Part shown: positions 17,998 to 27,630 of the stretch, one piece after another
Position numbering within the stretch: position 1 is the first letter of the stretch
Layout of the letters: every line of letters starts with the position of its first letter
Source of the DNA: a virus
Lineage: Duplodnaviria > Caudoviricetes
IMG/VR virus record: IMGVR_UViG_3300031857_000560
Span: 1 to 37,800 of that record
DNA: 37,800 bases
Direction: 5' to 3' (one strand)
Notes under the pieces: generated by a model
Told to the model about the DNA's origin: nothing
Database searches by the model: none
Seen by the model: only the letters and a program-made list of their open reading frames with translations
Made by a program: the position numbers and the translations under genes

Positions 17998-19584
17998 TTA
18001 ATAATTCGAAATATAAATCGGCATAGGCATTATGAATTCATCTTCTCGTTCTTCTCGCATTTTATCGTAAATTGCCGGATCCCAATCTTGCAACATAATA
18101 ATCATTCTTAATGCCAATAGCAAACTGCTAACAAGATCGTCTGTACTTCCTACTTTTCCTTCAAAGCTTATGCCTTTTGCTACAAATGTTTTTAATTCTG
18201 ATATGAGTGGTTTTGAATGTAGCTTTAGTCTATCACTTTCAATTAGGTGTTTTAATTTTGCACAAATTGCAATTTTACTTGAATGTGTTGTATTAAATCC
18301 TTTACGGAATCGTCTTACATGCCCTTTCTTAATCGGTTCACTTAAGAATAATCCCGGTATGCTTTCTTCGCCTATCTCTGAAATTGCGACCAATGCTGCT
18401 TCACCTACAGTATTGTTTTCAACTGAATAGTAAATGTTTGCTTGACTACCTTTTGCAGCACATTCATCATTAATATAGTTGCAAATATCTCTTAATATTC
18501 TTACTTGTGCTTGTACTGTAGTTAAATTATGTTGCCATTCTGCTACTTGAATTAGCGTCGGAATTTCGATAACCTGAATAGCAGCAGGATCTCCACCTGT
18601 ACCTAAACTTGGATCTAGAGATATTATATATGTATGGGCAGGATTAATTTTTTTGTACCATCTACATTGACCCATTTTCATAAATGGTTCTTTGCCTTCT
18701 ATTCCTGCTAATTTAATACTGCTAATTAAAGTTTCATCAAATACTAAAAATTCGCAATCGTGTTCTCGTCTAAATCGTTCTTCACCTATTCTACTACGTT
18801 CAACGTCGGCCCATTTTTCATCTCTATCTGGATGTTCGTTCCAATATGCTCTAAATGGAAAAAATCCATTACGACCAACTTTAGTTGTATTTCCGTGTTC
18901 ATCAAATCTCTTATTTGCTTCTTTCCATATACTTGCAAATTGATCCTCATCTGAGTTCGGCGTGCTTGTAATAATTGCCTTACCGCCTGTTGCTAGTGTA
19001 GGTGAAATACTGGTCCAGAACTCGCTAGCAATATTTGGTGCAACGAATGCAAACTCGTCAGCATATAGTAATGACAAGCTCATACCCCGGCCGGTTGTTT
19101 CTGTTGTAGTTTGTGCAATTATTCTAGAACCATTTTCAAATTCAATACTTTGTTTATTATAGCTTGTACAACCTGCTCGGATATTGTCAGGACACATTTC
19201 GTATGCGTAACGAATACGAACCATAATTTCTTGTGCACCTGTATACTTGTGTGCTGCAATTAGAATAGTGCTATCTGGTACAAACATTGCATACCAAAGC
19301 AAATAACCGGCAGCAGTTGTTGTTTTACCCGTCTGACGAGGAAGTAAATTTACGTTAAATCTATGTTGGTGATAGCTGTCTATCAGTCTACGTTGATAGT
19401 CGAATGGTTCGTATTTTAGTTTACCTCTTACAGGGTGTTGAATGTAGAAAAAGTTTTCAAGGAAGTAGTGTGGACCTGTTTCTGGATCCATGCATTTTGC
19501 TAGGTCTTCAAGATCCTTTTCTGTAAAACGTTGCGTAGAGTGCGCGGTTTTTACAAGTTTGCCATCTAAGTTTTTGCTTCCCAT
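17998..19584 (-). CDS. terminase large subunit (T4 gp17-like)
   Basis: PRQTGKTT Walker A, LLYADEFAF Walker B, ITSTPN coupling motif, RNase H-like DPSLG, VENN, DDLV. Confidence 0.96.
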   Translation of the reverse strand: MGSKNLDGKLVKTAHSTQRFTEKDLEDLAKCMDPETGPHYFLENFFYIQHPVRGKLKYEPFDYQRRLIDSYHQHRFNVNLLPRQTGKTTTAAGYLLWYAMFVPDSTILIAAHKYTGAQEIMVRIRYAYEMCPDNIRAGCTSYNKQSIEFENGSRIIAQTTTETTGRGMSLSLLYADEFAFVAPNIASEFWTSISPTLATGGKAIITSTPNSDEDQFASIWKEANKRFDEHGNTTKVGRNGFFPFRAYWNEHPDRDEKWADVERSRIGEERFRREHDCEFLVFDETLISSIKLAGIEGKEPFMKMGQCRWYKKINPAHTYIISLDPSLGTGGDPAAIQVIEIPTLIQVAEWQHNLTTVQAQVRILRDICNYINDECAAKGSQANIYYSVENNTVGEAALVAISEIGEESIPGLFLSEPIKKGHVRRFRKGFNTTHSSKIAICAKLKHLIESDRLKLHSKPLISELKTFVAKGISFEGKVGSTDDLVSSLLLALRMIIMLQDWDPAIYDKMREEREDEFIMPMPIYISNY

Positions 19585-19589
19585 AATAT

Positions 19590-19597
19590 TATTTACT
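19590..19597 (-). promoter_or_regulatory. late promoter-like motif
   Basis: AGTAAATA 5 nt before the terminase ATG. Confidence 0.6.
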
Positions 19598-19598
19598 G

Positions 19599-19626
19599 AA
19601 AAAAATAGCCACCTAAGTGGCTATTT
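19599..19626 (-). terminator. intrinsic terminator
   Basis: Perfect 10-bp stem AAATAGCCAC/GTGGCTATTT with a 4-nt loop and a T-run on the minus strand. Confidence 0.8.
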
Positions 19627-19644
19627 GGTTAACTTAAAAATTGT

Positions 19645-20730
19645 TTATTTTTTAAGTCCTGCTAGTTTTAACATAGATTCCATTGTGTCGGCTTCCGCCA
19701 TACCTTGGTCGTATCTATCGTCACTTCTTCTTTGGTAATCGTTTACACAAACATCTATAAATTGTCGTCTATCTACTTTATTTGTAAGGTCTTCACCAGT
19801 CTCTGAATTTGTTACACTATCAACTCTACACTCGTTGTGTCGATGATCAATAGTGTAATCTATAGTAACGTCTATTTCAGCGTCAGGATTATTAGGATCT
19901 GTCATCGAATACTCAACAGTTCCATCGGTCCACGATTTTTGGCCTTCCGCCACACCTTGATCGTTTCCTAAAACAGACATTGCTTGTTTTACTACTTTTG
20001 CCATCATTTCAGGATTGCCCTCGGCATCGGCACCTTTTTCTCGTACAAATCTATATGCTTTCATAAGTTCTTGATCACCGCTCTGTTCTACTTCGTCGTA
20101 ATAGTCGCCTAGCTCATCTGCAACAGTGTCAATCATTTCTTCACCTGCTGATGCTCCGTCATATATAGTTTGTAATACATCTAACACTGAGGTACGTAAA
20201 GATAATTCATCTTCGTGATCTGACATTCCTTCACCTAAGAATTTACGATATTCTGCCATTAACGATTCGAAAGTAACAGCCATTGGATTGTCACCACGTT
20301 GTGTTGCTGGGAATTGTTGTTTTTCTTTATGTAAATCATTACCGCTTGGAACAGCAGCATCATATCCTGCTACCTGAACGTCGGGATTTAGTTTATCAAT
20401 CATTGAGCGCATAATTGATGGTTCATCTGCTCCAACTTCTGGGCTTGGCTCAACGTCGACTACTGCTACGCCGTCTGCACCACCCATGGGCTCAACATCG
20501 TGCATTGGTTCATGCATCTGCTGATGCCCAGCAAGTGTCATAATGTCTTTAAGCATTGAACTTAGTTCTTTGCCTGTTGCAGCAGTCATATTAATACTTG
20601 CTGGACTATGGGGGCGACTCATACCCATACTTCCCATCATGCCGCATTCGTCTACACTAGATTCTTTAACAACATTTGAGTTTTTTGCATCTAGCTCAGC
20701 AAGACGCTTCATTAAGTCGATCATTTGCAT
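19645..20730 (-). CDS. acidic modular protein, putative internal head polyprotein
   Basis: 361 aa; linkers VKES, FLGEG, DQGVAEG, DQGMAEA; C-terminal MLKLAGLKK. Confidence 0.55.
   Translation of the reverse strand: MQMIDLMKRLAELDAKNSNVVKESSVDECGMMGSMGMSRPHSPASINMTAATGKELSSMLKDIMTLAGHQQMHEPMHDVEPMGGADGVAVVDVEPSPEVGADEPSIMRSMIDKLNPDVQVAGYDAAVPSGNDLHKEKQQFPATQRGDNPMAVTFESLMAEYRKFLGEGMSDHEDELSLRTSVLDVLQTIYDGASAGEEMIDTVADELGDYYDEVEQSGDQELMKAYRFVREKGADAEGNPEMMAKVVKQAMSVLGNDQGVAEGQKSWTDGTVEYSMTDPNNPDAEIDVTIDYTIDHRHNECRVDSVTNSETGEDLTNKVDRRQFIDVCVNDYQRRSDDRYDQGMAEADTMESMLKLAGLKK
19692..19964. repeat. 21-bp imperfect direct repeat pair, 252 bp apart
   Basis: CTTCCGCCATACCTTGGTCGT (19692-19712) and CTTCCGCCACACCTTGATCGT (19944-19964), 19/21 identical, in frame. 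Confidence 0.85.
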
Positions 20731-20732
20731 AA

Positions 20733-21320
20733 TTATTTCCTTGGACTTTTGGCTTGTTTTAGCACACTAGTTTTTCCAGCATCGGAATCAGTATTAAATT
20801 TTGCTGCTTCTGTTGTAGGAATTTCTTCTCCGCGTTCTTTACGTTGTAATTTAAGAAGATCATTTAGTTCTTTAACAAATCCAGTATTGTATTTGTCACC
20901 ATAAAAATCTTCAAATTTAGCATTAGGTGCTTCTTTGTAATCAGGATCTGTTAATAAAGCACCTTCTCTTTTTTCTTCAACATGTTGATATTCTTCAGTA
21001 GGTTCGCCAGGACGACGAACTGCAAGATGTGATTTATTAACGCCGCATTGATTAGCAATAAATTCAGTTAGTTCGTGTTGTGTTGTAGGGTAATCTAAAG
21101 TTACTTCGTAAATATTAACTTCACAATTTTTAATTTGAGGGAAATCTAAAGGTAGTTCCTGTATAGGAGTCTTTCCTGCTTTTTTCCAACCACTAACTGC
21201 ATATTTGTCTAATACTTTTTTTAGATTAGACTCTTGTTCGGTGGTAAAATCTCCAGCAATTTTAATGCGGAAATCGTAACGTTTTTGTGATTCAAGTAGA
21301 TGTTCTTTGAATGTTTTCAT
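20733..21320 (-). CDS. putative head-targeted protein
   Basis: N-terminus MKTFKEHLLE resembles the T4 capsid-targeting sequence MKTYQEFIAE; late motif upstream. Confidence 0.55.
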   Translation of the reverse strand: MKTFKEHLLESQKRYDFRIKIAGDFTTEQESNLKKVLDKYAVSGWKKAGKTPIQELPLDFPQIKNCEVNIYEVTLDYPTTQHELTEFIANQCGVNKSHLAVRRPGEPTEEYQHVEEKREGALLTDPDYKEAPNAKFEDFYGDKYNTGFVKELNDLLKLQRKERGEEIPTTEAAKFNTDSDAGKTSVLKQAKSPRK

Positions 21321-21326
21321 AGTCAG

Positions 21327-21815
21327 TTATTTATTCAAATTCTTTAGTTTTTCAAGGATGCTATTACGATCGGTAATAATATATCCTTCGCCTTCGATAG
21401 GTTCGTCACCTTTAGTACTATTCTTTTTATCAATAGCTAATTTTTTAAGTTGCAGATCTACCATTTTTAGTTTTTTATCAATCTTAGCAGATTTAGCTTG
21501 AATAGCAGCATTCATCATTTGTGCAGCCACTTCAAACATCCTTGCACCATGTCTTGCTTCAACGTTCATACCTAGATCCATTAAATCGTCGTAGGCCTTT
21601 TCTGCTTTACTAGCAAGAGCATCTAGTTCGTCGTCTGCAATATCTCCTAGACCTTTTACTCTCGGCAATGCTGCTGATATTTTATCAAACTCTTCTAATT
21701 TTTCTTGAAGGTCAATTGTAGGAACCGTTGGAGTTGCAGTTGTAGTTTCTGGTTCAATAAATGGTTCGTCTTCTTGAGGAGCAATATTTAAAATTTCTTC
21801 TAAGCGTTTTGTCAT
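21327..21815 (-). CDS. putative terminase small subunit (gp16-like)
   Basis: Helical; YDDLMDLG...ARMFEVAAQMM resembles the PRAYEV motif, C-terminal DRNSILEKL; near terL. Confidence 0.65.
   Translation of the reverse strand: MTKRLEEILNIAPQEDEPFIEPETTTATPTVPTIDLQEKLEEFDKISAALPRVKGLGDIADDELDALASKAEKAYDDLMDLGMNVEARHGARMFEVAAQMMNAAIQAKSAKIDKKLKMVDLQLKKLAIDKKNSTKGDEPIEGEGYIITDRNSILEKLKNLNK
21328..21335 (-). promoter_or_regulatory. late promoter-like motif
   Basis: AATAAATA overlapping the upstream stop codon, 7 nt before the ATG at 21320. Confidence 0.55.
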
Positions 21816-21830
21816 AATACATTACTTATT

Positions 21831-22268
21831 TTATTTTTTAGAATTGGAAAAAATATCATTTTCATTTAACACGCGAAATGCTACACCATTTTGTTTTGCC
21901 CACAATGTTGCTGCTTTCCATTTTGCCATATTTTTAACATATTGAGCTTGGTCGTAAGGATTTTTTCCAACTTTTTCTCTTAATGTTTGTTTTGCTGGTT
22001 TTATTTCAATTAGTTCTGCATGTTTCTTTTTATTTTTATCAAGATAAACAATAAAAAAATCTGGTACATAAACTGTTTGTTTATCTGTCAAAGGATCTCG
22101 ATAGGGAATCTTAATACATTCACTAGCCCATTGTTGAACATTTGGATTACTGTCGCAAAACATCATAAAAGTTCTTTCCCAGCTACTTCTATATCTAGGA
22201 GTATTAGAACCAATATATTTTTCAGTATTTTTTACTGTGTATGTACCTTGACTAAACTTTAAACTCAT
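21831..22268 (-). CDS. head completion nuclease (T4 gp4-like, TnsA-type PD-(D/E)xK)
   Basis: KYIG...YRSSWE..FM..CD, WASE..IPY, YVPDF, IEIKP, N.AKW.AA, NENDI. Confidence 0.9.
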   Translation of the reverse strand: MSLKFSQGTYTVKNTEKYIGSNTPRYRSSWERTFMMFCDSNPNVQQWASECIKIPYRDPLTDKQTVYVPDFFIVYLDKNKKKHAELIEIKPAKQTLREKVGKNPYDQAQYVKNMAKWKAATLWAKQNGVAFRVLNENDIFSNSKK

Positions 22269-22636
22269 ACCAGTATATTGCGTAGAATTTCAGGATTTGG
22301 TTCAAATTTTTGTGCTGTACCCAAGTTGCTAGTTTTATATCTGTTGTAATTTAATATTTCAGCTAATAAACCTTTTAGCTCAACTGAATCTAATCCTTTT
22401 AGTGTATCTAAAATTTGCATGGGATTATATCCGTCTCTTTTAGCCTGGGCCATTATAATAGAACTAATAGACTCAGCTGCTGATTGGTCGAATCCGCTAT
22501 TAGTAAAATAACCAGTCATTGCGGCATAAGCGGTGGCATTTAATTCTATAGGTGCAGAATAATAATTATTAAAAGATCGAATTGTAGATTCGCCCCCAGA
22601 ATTGTTTGTAGGAAGATTTGAATAACTAGTTGCCAT
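22265..22636 (-). CDS. hypothetical (likely virion) protein
   Basis: In the tail operon; ATG at 22636 has SD GGAGG and avoids overlap with the upstream gene. Confidence 0.65.
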   Translation of the reverse strand: MATSYSNLPTNNSGGESTIRSFNNYYSAPIELNATAYAAMTGYFTNSGFDQSAAESISSIIMAQAKRDGYNPMQILDTLKGLDSVELKGLLAEILNYNRYKTSNLGTAQKFEPNPEILRNILV

Positions 22637-22637
22637 A

Positions 22638-23831
22638 TTAACCTCCGCCGCCACCTAGTTTAGGAAATATAAGTGCTGCGGGATTGGCACGAATTTTACC
22701 GTCGACACTTTTGTTTAAACCTTTAAAAATATTGATATTAACACCGCCTGGTAAATTAATTATACCTGGTTGATTTGTGCTTGGAGGAGGTTCTGCATAT
22801 TTGCCTGCTCCTGAGCCGGTTACTGCGCCTAACACACCGGATGCAATATTATATCCTGTGCTTTTTGCTTTTCCGAGACCGTTTCTATTTAGATAATTGT
22901 TAGCTAATATTTTACCGATATCTAATAGACCATTTCGTCTAGAGTCAGGACCACCTATTCTTCCAAACACTCTATCTTTGCCTGGTTTATCAAACGGTGA
23001 TTGACTTCTATTTAATGTTTGATTTACTGGTGTACCTGCAACACCGTAAGGACTAGGTGTTGTATCATAATATCTGGCTTCACCAAATTCTTCTGGTATT
23101 TTTCCGGGTGTGATAAAACCTTGATTATATAGTACATTCTCATACATAATACCCATTCTGTTTTGCATGATTTTAGTACCTTCTGTTTGATTCAATGAAT
23201 CGTGCATCCACTCTGTTATTTTTGGATTAAGTAAAGTTATCTGTGTAAATTGATGCTTATACAATACATATATATCTATAGAAGACAGAAAAGGTTTTTG
23301 AGTTTTTATTGAGTCACTACGTCCATAGTTGTAATCTATTTCTCCGTATTTTGTGTCACCGAATTCTTTTACAGATTGATTTTGTTCTGGTTGTCCAACT
23401 GCTCCGCCGCCATAATTACTATCTGCATAATAATGTTTATAATAGTTAACCCAAAATCCGTTAACTATATCTGCATTGTCGTCATGAAATTCTATACTAA
23501 CTGGTTCGTAGTTTAATTTAGTTTGTACAACTGTTTTTCGATTATATTGATTTAATGTTTCTGTGGCTATTCTAAATTTAGGAAGATCTACTTTTTTAGC
23601 CAACAGGCTAAAATCATTACTATCTCTATTAGCCCAAGTTTCGCTTAAAATTGCTTCTCTATTAATGTTAAAAGAAATAAAATATAAAAATCCTAATTTT
23701 GGCGTTAGACTAAAGGTATCATCAATATACAATCTAGAAGCATGTTGATAATCCTTCATTATAGGAACACCGCCTGCCTTAGGATCAATAGCTCGGGCAG
23801 ATGTTAACCAGTTTGTAAATGCATTACTCAT
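22638..23831 (-). CDS. tail-tube-fold baseplate protein (gp54/gp48-like)
   Basis: KKVDLPKF...LNQYNRK...YEPVSIEFHDD, TLLNPKIT...HDSL tube-fold pattern plus a Gly-rich extension. Confidence 0.7.
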   Translation of the reverse strand: MSNAFTNWLTSARAIDPKAGGVPIMKDYQHASRLYIDDTFSLTPKLGFLYFISFNINREAILSETWANRDSNDFSLLAKKVDLPKFRIATETLNQYNRKTVVQTKLNYEPVSIEFHDDNADIVNGFWVNYYKHYYADSNYGGGAVGQPEQNQSVKEFGDTKYGEIDYNYGRSDSIKTQKPFLSSIDIYVLYKHQFTQITLLNPKITEWMHDSLNQTEGTKIMQNRMGIMYENVLYNQGFITPGKIPEEFGEARYYDTTPSPYGVAGTPVNQTLNRSQSPFDKPGKDRVFGRIGGPDSRRNGLLDIGKILANNYLNRNGLGKAKSTGYNIASGVLGAVTGSGAGKYAEPPPSTNQPGIINLPGGVNINIFKGLNKSVDGKIRANPAALIFPKLGGGGG

Positions 23832-23836
23832 AATAA

Positions 23837-23844
23837 TATTTAGC
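23837..23844 (-). promoter_or_regulatory. late promoter-like motif
   Basis: GCTAAATA 5 nt before the ATG at 23831. Confidence 0.6.
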
Positions 23845-23849
23845 CAAAT

Positions 23850-23877
23850 AAAAAACCCGGGTTTTTATGCCGGGTTT
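23850..23877 (-). terminator. intrinsic terminator after the tail tube gene
   Basis: AAACCCGG/CCGGGTTT stem with a T-run on the minus strand. Confidence 0.75.
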
Positions 23878-23897
23878 CTCTAATGTTAATTTAATTA

Positions 23898-24545
23898 TTA
23901 ACCTGTTACTAGACCTTGTGCTGTTGGTGGTCTTACAACACGACCTACATCTAGTCCAACACCAGAACTTGCACCACCAGGAGCTTCTAATTGTATTGCG
24001 TTATCGAACGCTATAGTTAAACTAATATCCATTGCAGCATTTTCAGTATAGCTTGCTTCTGCATACTGTACTTGTCTAATAAAACACCCTAAAAATTCAA
24101 AGCTTTCTAGTGTTACTGGTTCGAATTGCCCGTTACCGCCGTCTAAGATTTCGACACGCATTCTGAACTTATAGTCAATACCACTTGCAGCTCCGCTTTG
24201 TTCGAAGAAATCAAATTGTTTCTGCAATTGCTCGCCAACTTTTCTACTTACAACTCCACTAGCATCATCTCTTAACATTAGTTTTGTATCAGCAAAACTG
24301 TGCTTACCTGCTAATTTTACTTTACTATTATAGACTTGTAGTTCTATTGGTTCAAAAGTAATATCAGGTCGTGATGCACTCATAACTTGTTTAGTTAATT
24401 CTGTGCTAGGGTTTCCTGCAACACCAAAACTATCAAGAGTAACGCGGAAGCGATACTTTAATTTTGGCATTAGTAGACCTTGAGTTGTTGCTGCTTGTGT
24501 AGCACTCAAAGGTACTGTGAATCTATTTAAACTTGCAATTGGCAT
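23898..24545 (-). CDS. tail tube protein (gp19-like)
   Basis: PKLKYRFRV, RPDITF, KLAGKHSF...LRDD, GCFI; directly after the sheath, strong SD AAGGAG. Confidence 0.85.
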   Translation of the reverse strand: MPIASLNRFTVPLSATQAATTQGLLMPKLKYRFRVTLDSFGVAGNPSTELTKQVMSASRPDITFEPIELQVYNSKVKLAGKHSFADTKLMLRDDASGVVSRKVGEQLQKQFDFFEQSGAASGIDYKFRMRVEILDGGNGQFEPVTLESFEFLGCFIRQVQYAEASYTENAAMDISLTIAFDNAIQLEAPGGASSGVGLDVGRVVRPPTAQGLVTG

Positions 24546-24567
24546 TTAAATGCTCCTTAGTTTCTAT

Positions 24568-24575
24568 TATTTACC
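24568..24575 (-). promoter_or_regulatory. late promoter-like motif
   Basis: GGTAAATA between the sheath stop and the tube SD. Confidence 0.6.
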
Positions 24576-24577
24576 TT

Positions 24578-27532
24578 TTATAGTCCGGCTGCAATGTCAC
24601 CAGTATTTTTCAATCTTACTGGTATGTAGATAAACTCAATTGCCTTAACAGGTTCTATAGCAATATCTAACCATAATTCATTACGATCTATTCTACTTGG
24701 TGTATTGTTTGTCTCATCACAAACTACAATAAAGTCATATAGAGCACGTTGTCCTACTAACTCTAATAATAAACTTTCTGCTGCTGCTTTAATTTCTCTA
24801 CGTGTCTGAGCATCATTTGGTTCGAACAAAAATGGACGAGCCATGATGTCTAACTGTCTACGTAGATAAACTACTAATCTTGCAACATTAACACGATCTA
24901 ATGCACTAGCATTTCTTGCTCTGGTCTTTTGTCCATACGCAACAACTCCAACACCTGTTAGTGTTGCAATTGGGTTAACTTTAGCATTATATAGTGTATC
25001 ACGTAATCCTTCGTATAGTGCAACAGGTTTAAATTCGCCTTCATCAGTAATATAACCAACTGATGTTGCATTGTCTACGCCACCTCTACGTGTACCTGCT
25101 GGTGCAAACCACTGATAGCTCTTATTATCACTGTTAATGATAGTACGTAGCATCATATGGCTTGGAGGAACAACAATGTTGTTTCCAGTATTGTCATTTG
25201 TATAACCACTTGGATACCACATACCCATGTATTCGTCATAGCTAGTTGCACCTTTGTCACCATTATCTAACGCATTGTTAGAATTTAATGCCCACTGGCT
25301 TAAAGCAGTTGCATTTGGGACTAATCTAAATGGTGTATCACCTACAACAAACGCAGTAAGTTTACGATCTGTATTCAATCCAATTAGATTTTGTATTGCT
25401 TCTGGGTATCCAGGAGCAGCTAATAAGTTGAATACTAATGTATCAGTATCTCTAACCGAAGTGTTGCTATCAATTACTTCTTTTAGTGCATTAACAACTT
25501 GCGCTCTTTGGGCTAAACGTCCGAATTGTGGTCCGCCATCGGCAGCAACTGGATATTGACTTACCCAACGATCTGATTTGTAATTACTCATTGATTCGTT
25601 GTTCATTCTAATATTTCGGCCTTCGTTGGCTTCTATATCAATATGACCTACAATGTATTTCTTAACGTTAAATCCTGAGCGGCGTGTATTCCATAGACGC
25701 ATTCCTTTTGGATATAATGCAGGATCTGGAGCATCTGGGTCTACATAATTGCTGCTTAACAAATCAACAATACTGCTTGCAGTTAATGTTGTACCTGTTG
25801 TTGCCCAACGTGCATCAGCAAATAGCCAGCCGTCTGGTGAACTTTGATCAGTAACATCTTGTAATACCCATCTCTTTCCTACAACATTTGTAGAATTGTA
25901 AACGTAGATCTTACGACCGAACTCGTCTGGATTACTTGTGTCAATCCAAATATCTCCTGTTTCTAATCCTGTTCCGTCACTTTGTTCAGTAGGTTCTACT
26001 GCGGCAATTAACGGTCCAGTTGAATTAGTTGAACTTAATGAATTTTTATAACCTACCCATTTAGATCCATCATGAATCATAATATCTACATCACCTACAA
26101 CATTATTGTACCATAGTGTTCCATCTGCTGGATCAGTAGTCGGTGCAGATGCTTTAGCTTGATAGACTAACGGTTTCCAATTTGATATTAAGAAGTTGTA
26201 TCCTGTTTCGCCCGAAGGTGGAACATAAACATTATCTAATCCAGTAGTAGAAAAACCAGATTTATCAATCGGTGTATTAGTACCGTCGTCGATCATAATA
26301 TCGCCGCCAGCAGCATGTGTTACAGTTAGTTTATTTGTACTAGCATTCCACGCTGCGCTGACATTCGATAACCCTAAAGAACTAATAGCAGCAGGAATTA
26401 AAGATGCTATTACGGTAGTTGTATTTGGAGGTGTAATAGTTGCAGTATTTACAGACCAACTATTAGATCCAGGAGTTGTAACCTTTAGTGTAAATGTATA
26501 TGAACCTTCAACAGATAAATTTGTTGTAGCATTACCAGTTGCTATAGTTGCTCCTGCTACATTTCTTTGTTTAATTTCAAATCTAGCAGTTTCTGCGGTA
26601 AGATTATCTGGGTTACTATCGATATAAACAGTTCTTAATGGAATATTTTTACCGCCGCCTGAAGAATCTAGTGCATAAATTGCTTCTTTATTTCCTGAAT
26701 AGATAGGTGCATTAACAGTACCCCATGTTTGTGTAGAACCATTATAATATTTTAAACTCCATTTAGCACCATTTGATGGTGTTGTAGTTGTTATCCAAAC
26801 ACTACCTGTTGCGGTAGAACTATTAAATGTAGTCGGATATGTATAGTGCGGACTTATTTGTAATGCCTTTCCACTGTCAAAACCATTTTCGACTGGAACC
26901 CATACATTTGTTGTTGTTTTATAAAACAGACCAACGTCAGCAGAAGTACTGTAAGGTAGTACCATGCAATAGTCACCTTTTGAACCAAATGAATTTGTAG
27001 GAGCACCTGAAACAAGATCTGTAGATGGGCTATTGTCATCTAAAACTAACGGAGTCTTAACAGTAAACTTTTGTGTACTAGAACTCCATTCTTTAACTCC
27101 GAATACACTTGCATCGGAATCTAGCCAGAATGTACCTGCCACAGGGCCGCCTGTAGGTGTAGAACTTGTTGGAACTAGTTGTGTGGTATTTAAATCAGCG
27201 CGAACAACATAAGCTCTTGAGCTAACACCCAATACGCTATAAGCAGCCTGTAGACCGTATTCGTTTAATTCATCACCATGTAGAGGATTGCTGCTAGCAT
27301 CTGTGTAGAATAAAGGTGTACCAAATGTTTCGACTAAATCTCTTTGACTGGTTATTAACCAAATTTTGCCAGCATTGGCTGCTGTTGTACCTTCTGCAGT
27401 ACTGCCGCTAGGATTCTTTTTATCTTGTGCTGAAGCAACAAATAACATTGGGGTTGTGCCCGGTGCAGCAGGTAAGTAGAAACTTTCATCGATTACCTGT
27501 ACTTGTACGCCTGGTGATTGCAAATTTGCCAT
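24578..27532 (-). CDS. contractile tail sheath protein (gp18-like) with large insertion
   Basis: LQSPGVQV N-terminus, WFAPAGTRRG, RVNVARL, FEPND, CDETNNTP..IDRNEL, PVKAIEFIYI. Confidence 0.96.
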   Translation of the reverse strand: MANLQSPGVQVQVIDESFYLPAAPGTTPMLFVASAQDKKNPSGSTAEGTTAANAGKIWLITSQRDLVETFGTPLFYTDASSNPLHGDELNEYGLQAAYSVLGVSSRAYVVRADLNTTQLVPTSSTPTGGPVAGTFWLDSDASVFGVKEWSSSTQKFTVKTPLVLDDNSPSTDLVSGAPTNSFGSKGDYCMVLPYSTSADVGLFYKTTTNVWVPVENGFDSGKALQISPHYTYPTTFNSSTATGSVWITTTTPSNGAKWSLKYYNGSTQTWGTVNAPIYSGNKEAIYALDSSGGGKNIPLRTVYIDSNPDNLTAETARFEIKQRNVAGATIATGNATTNLSVEGSYTFTLKVTTPGSNSWSVNTATITPPNTTTVIASLIPAAISSLGLSNVSAAWNASTNKLTVTHAAGGDIMIDDGTNTPIDKSGFSTTGLDNVYVPPSGETGYNFLISNWKPLVYQAKASAPTTDPADGTLWYNNVVGDVDIMIHDGSKWVGYKNSLSSTNSTGPLIAAVEPTEQSDGTGLETGDIWIDTSNPDEFGRKIYVYNSTNVVGKRWVLQDVTDQSSPDGWLFADARWATTGTTLTASSIVDLLSSNYVDPDAPDPALYPKGMRLWNTRRSGFNVKKYIVGHIDIEANEGRNIRMNNESMSNYKSDRWVSQYPVAADGGPQFGRLAQRAQVVNALKEVIDSNTSVRDTDTLVFNLLAAPGYPEAIQNLIGLNTDRKLTAFVVGDTPFRLVPNATALSQWALNSNNALDNGDKGATSYDEYMGMWYPSGYTNDNTGNNIVVPPSHMMLRTIINSDNKSYQWFAPAGTRRGGVDNATSVGYITDEGEFKPVALYEGLRDTLYNAKVNPIATLTGVGVVAYGQKTRARNASALDRVNVARLVVYLRRQLDIMARPFLFEPNDAQTRREIKAAAESLLLELVGQRALYDFIVVCDETNNTPSRIDRNELWLDIAIEPVKAIEFIYIPVRLKNTGDIAAGL

Positions 27533-27565
27533 TATATGATCTCCTCGAATGGATTTACTTTGTTA

Positions 27566-27603
27566 TATTTAGCACTGAACATAAAAAAGATACTGGTTAA
27601 ATA
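27566..27603. promoter_or_regulatory. divergent late promoter-like motifs
   Basis: TAAATA on minus (27571-27566, sheath, SD GAGGAG) and on plus (27598-27603, HNH-like gene). Confidence 0.55.
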
Positions 27604-27630
27604 CATACAAAAGGGATTGAAAAAGGGCGT

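Noticed and set aside
21831-22268. TnsA-like nuclease as evidence of a Tn7 transposon
   Set aside because: Matches T4 gp4 head-completion motifs in a morphogenesis context; no tnsB/C or transposon ends
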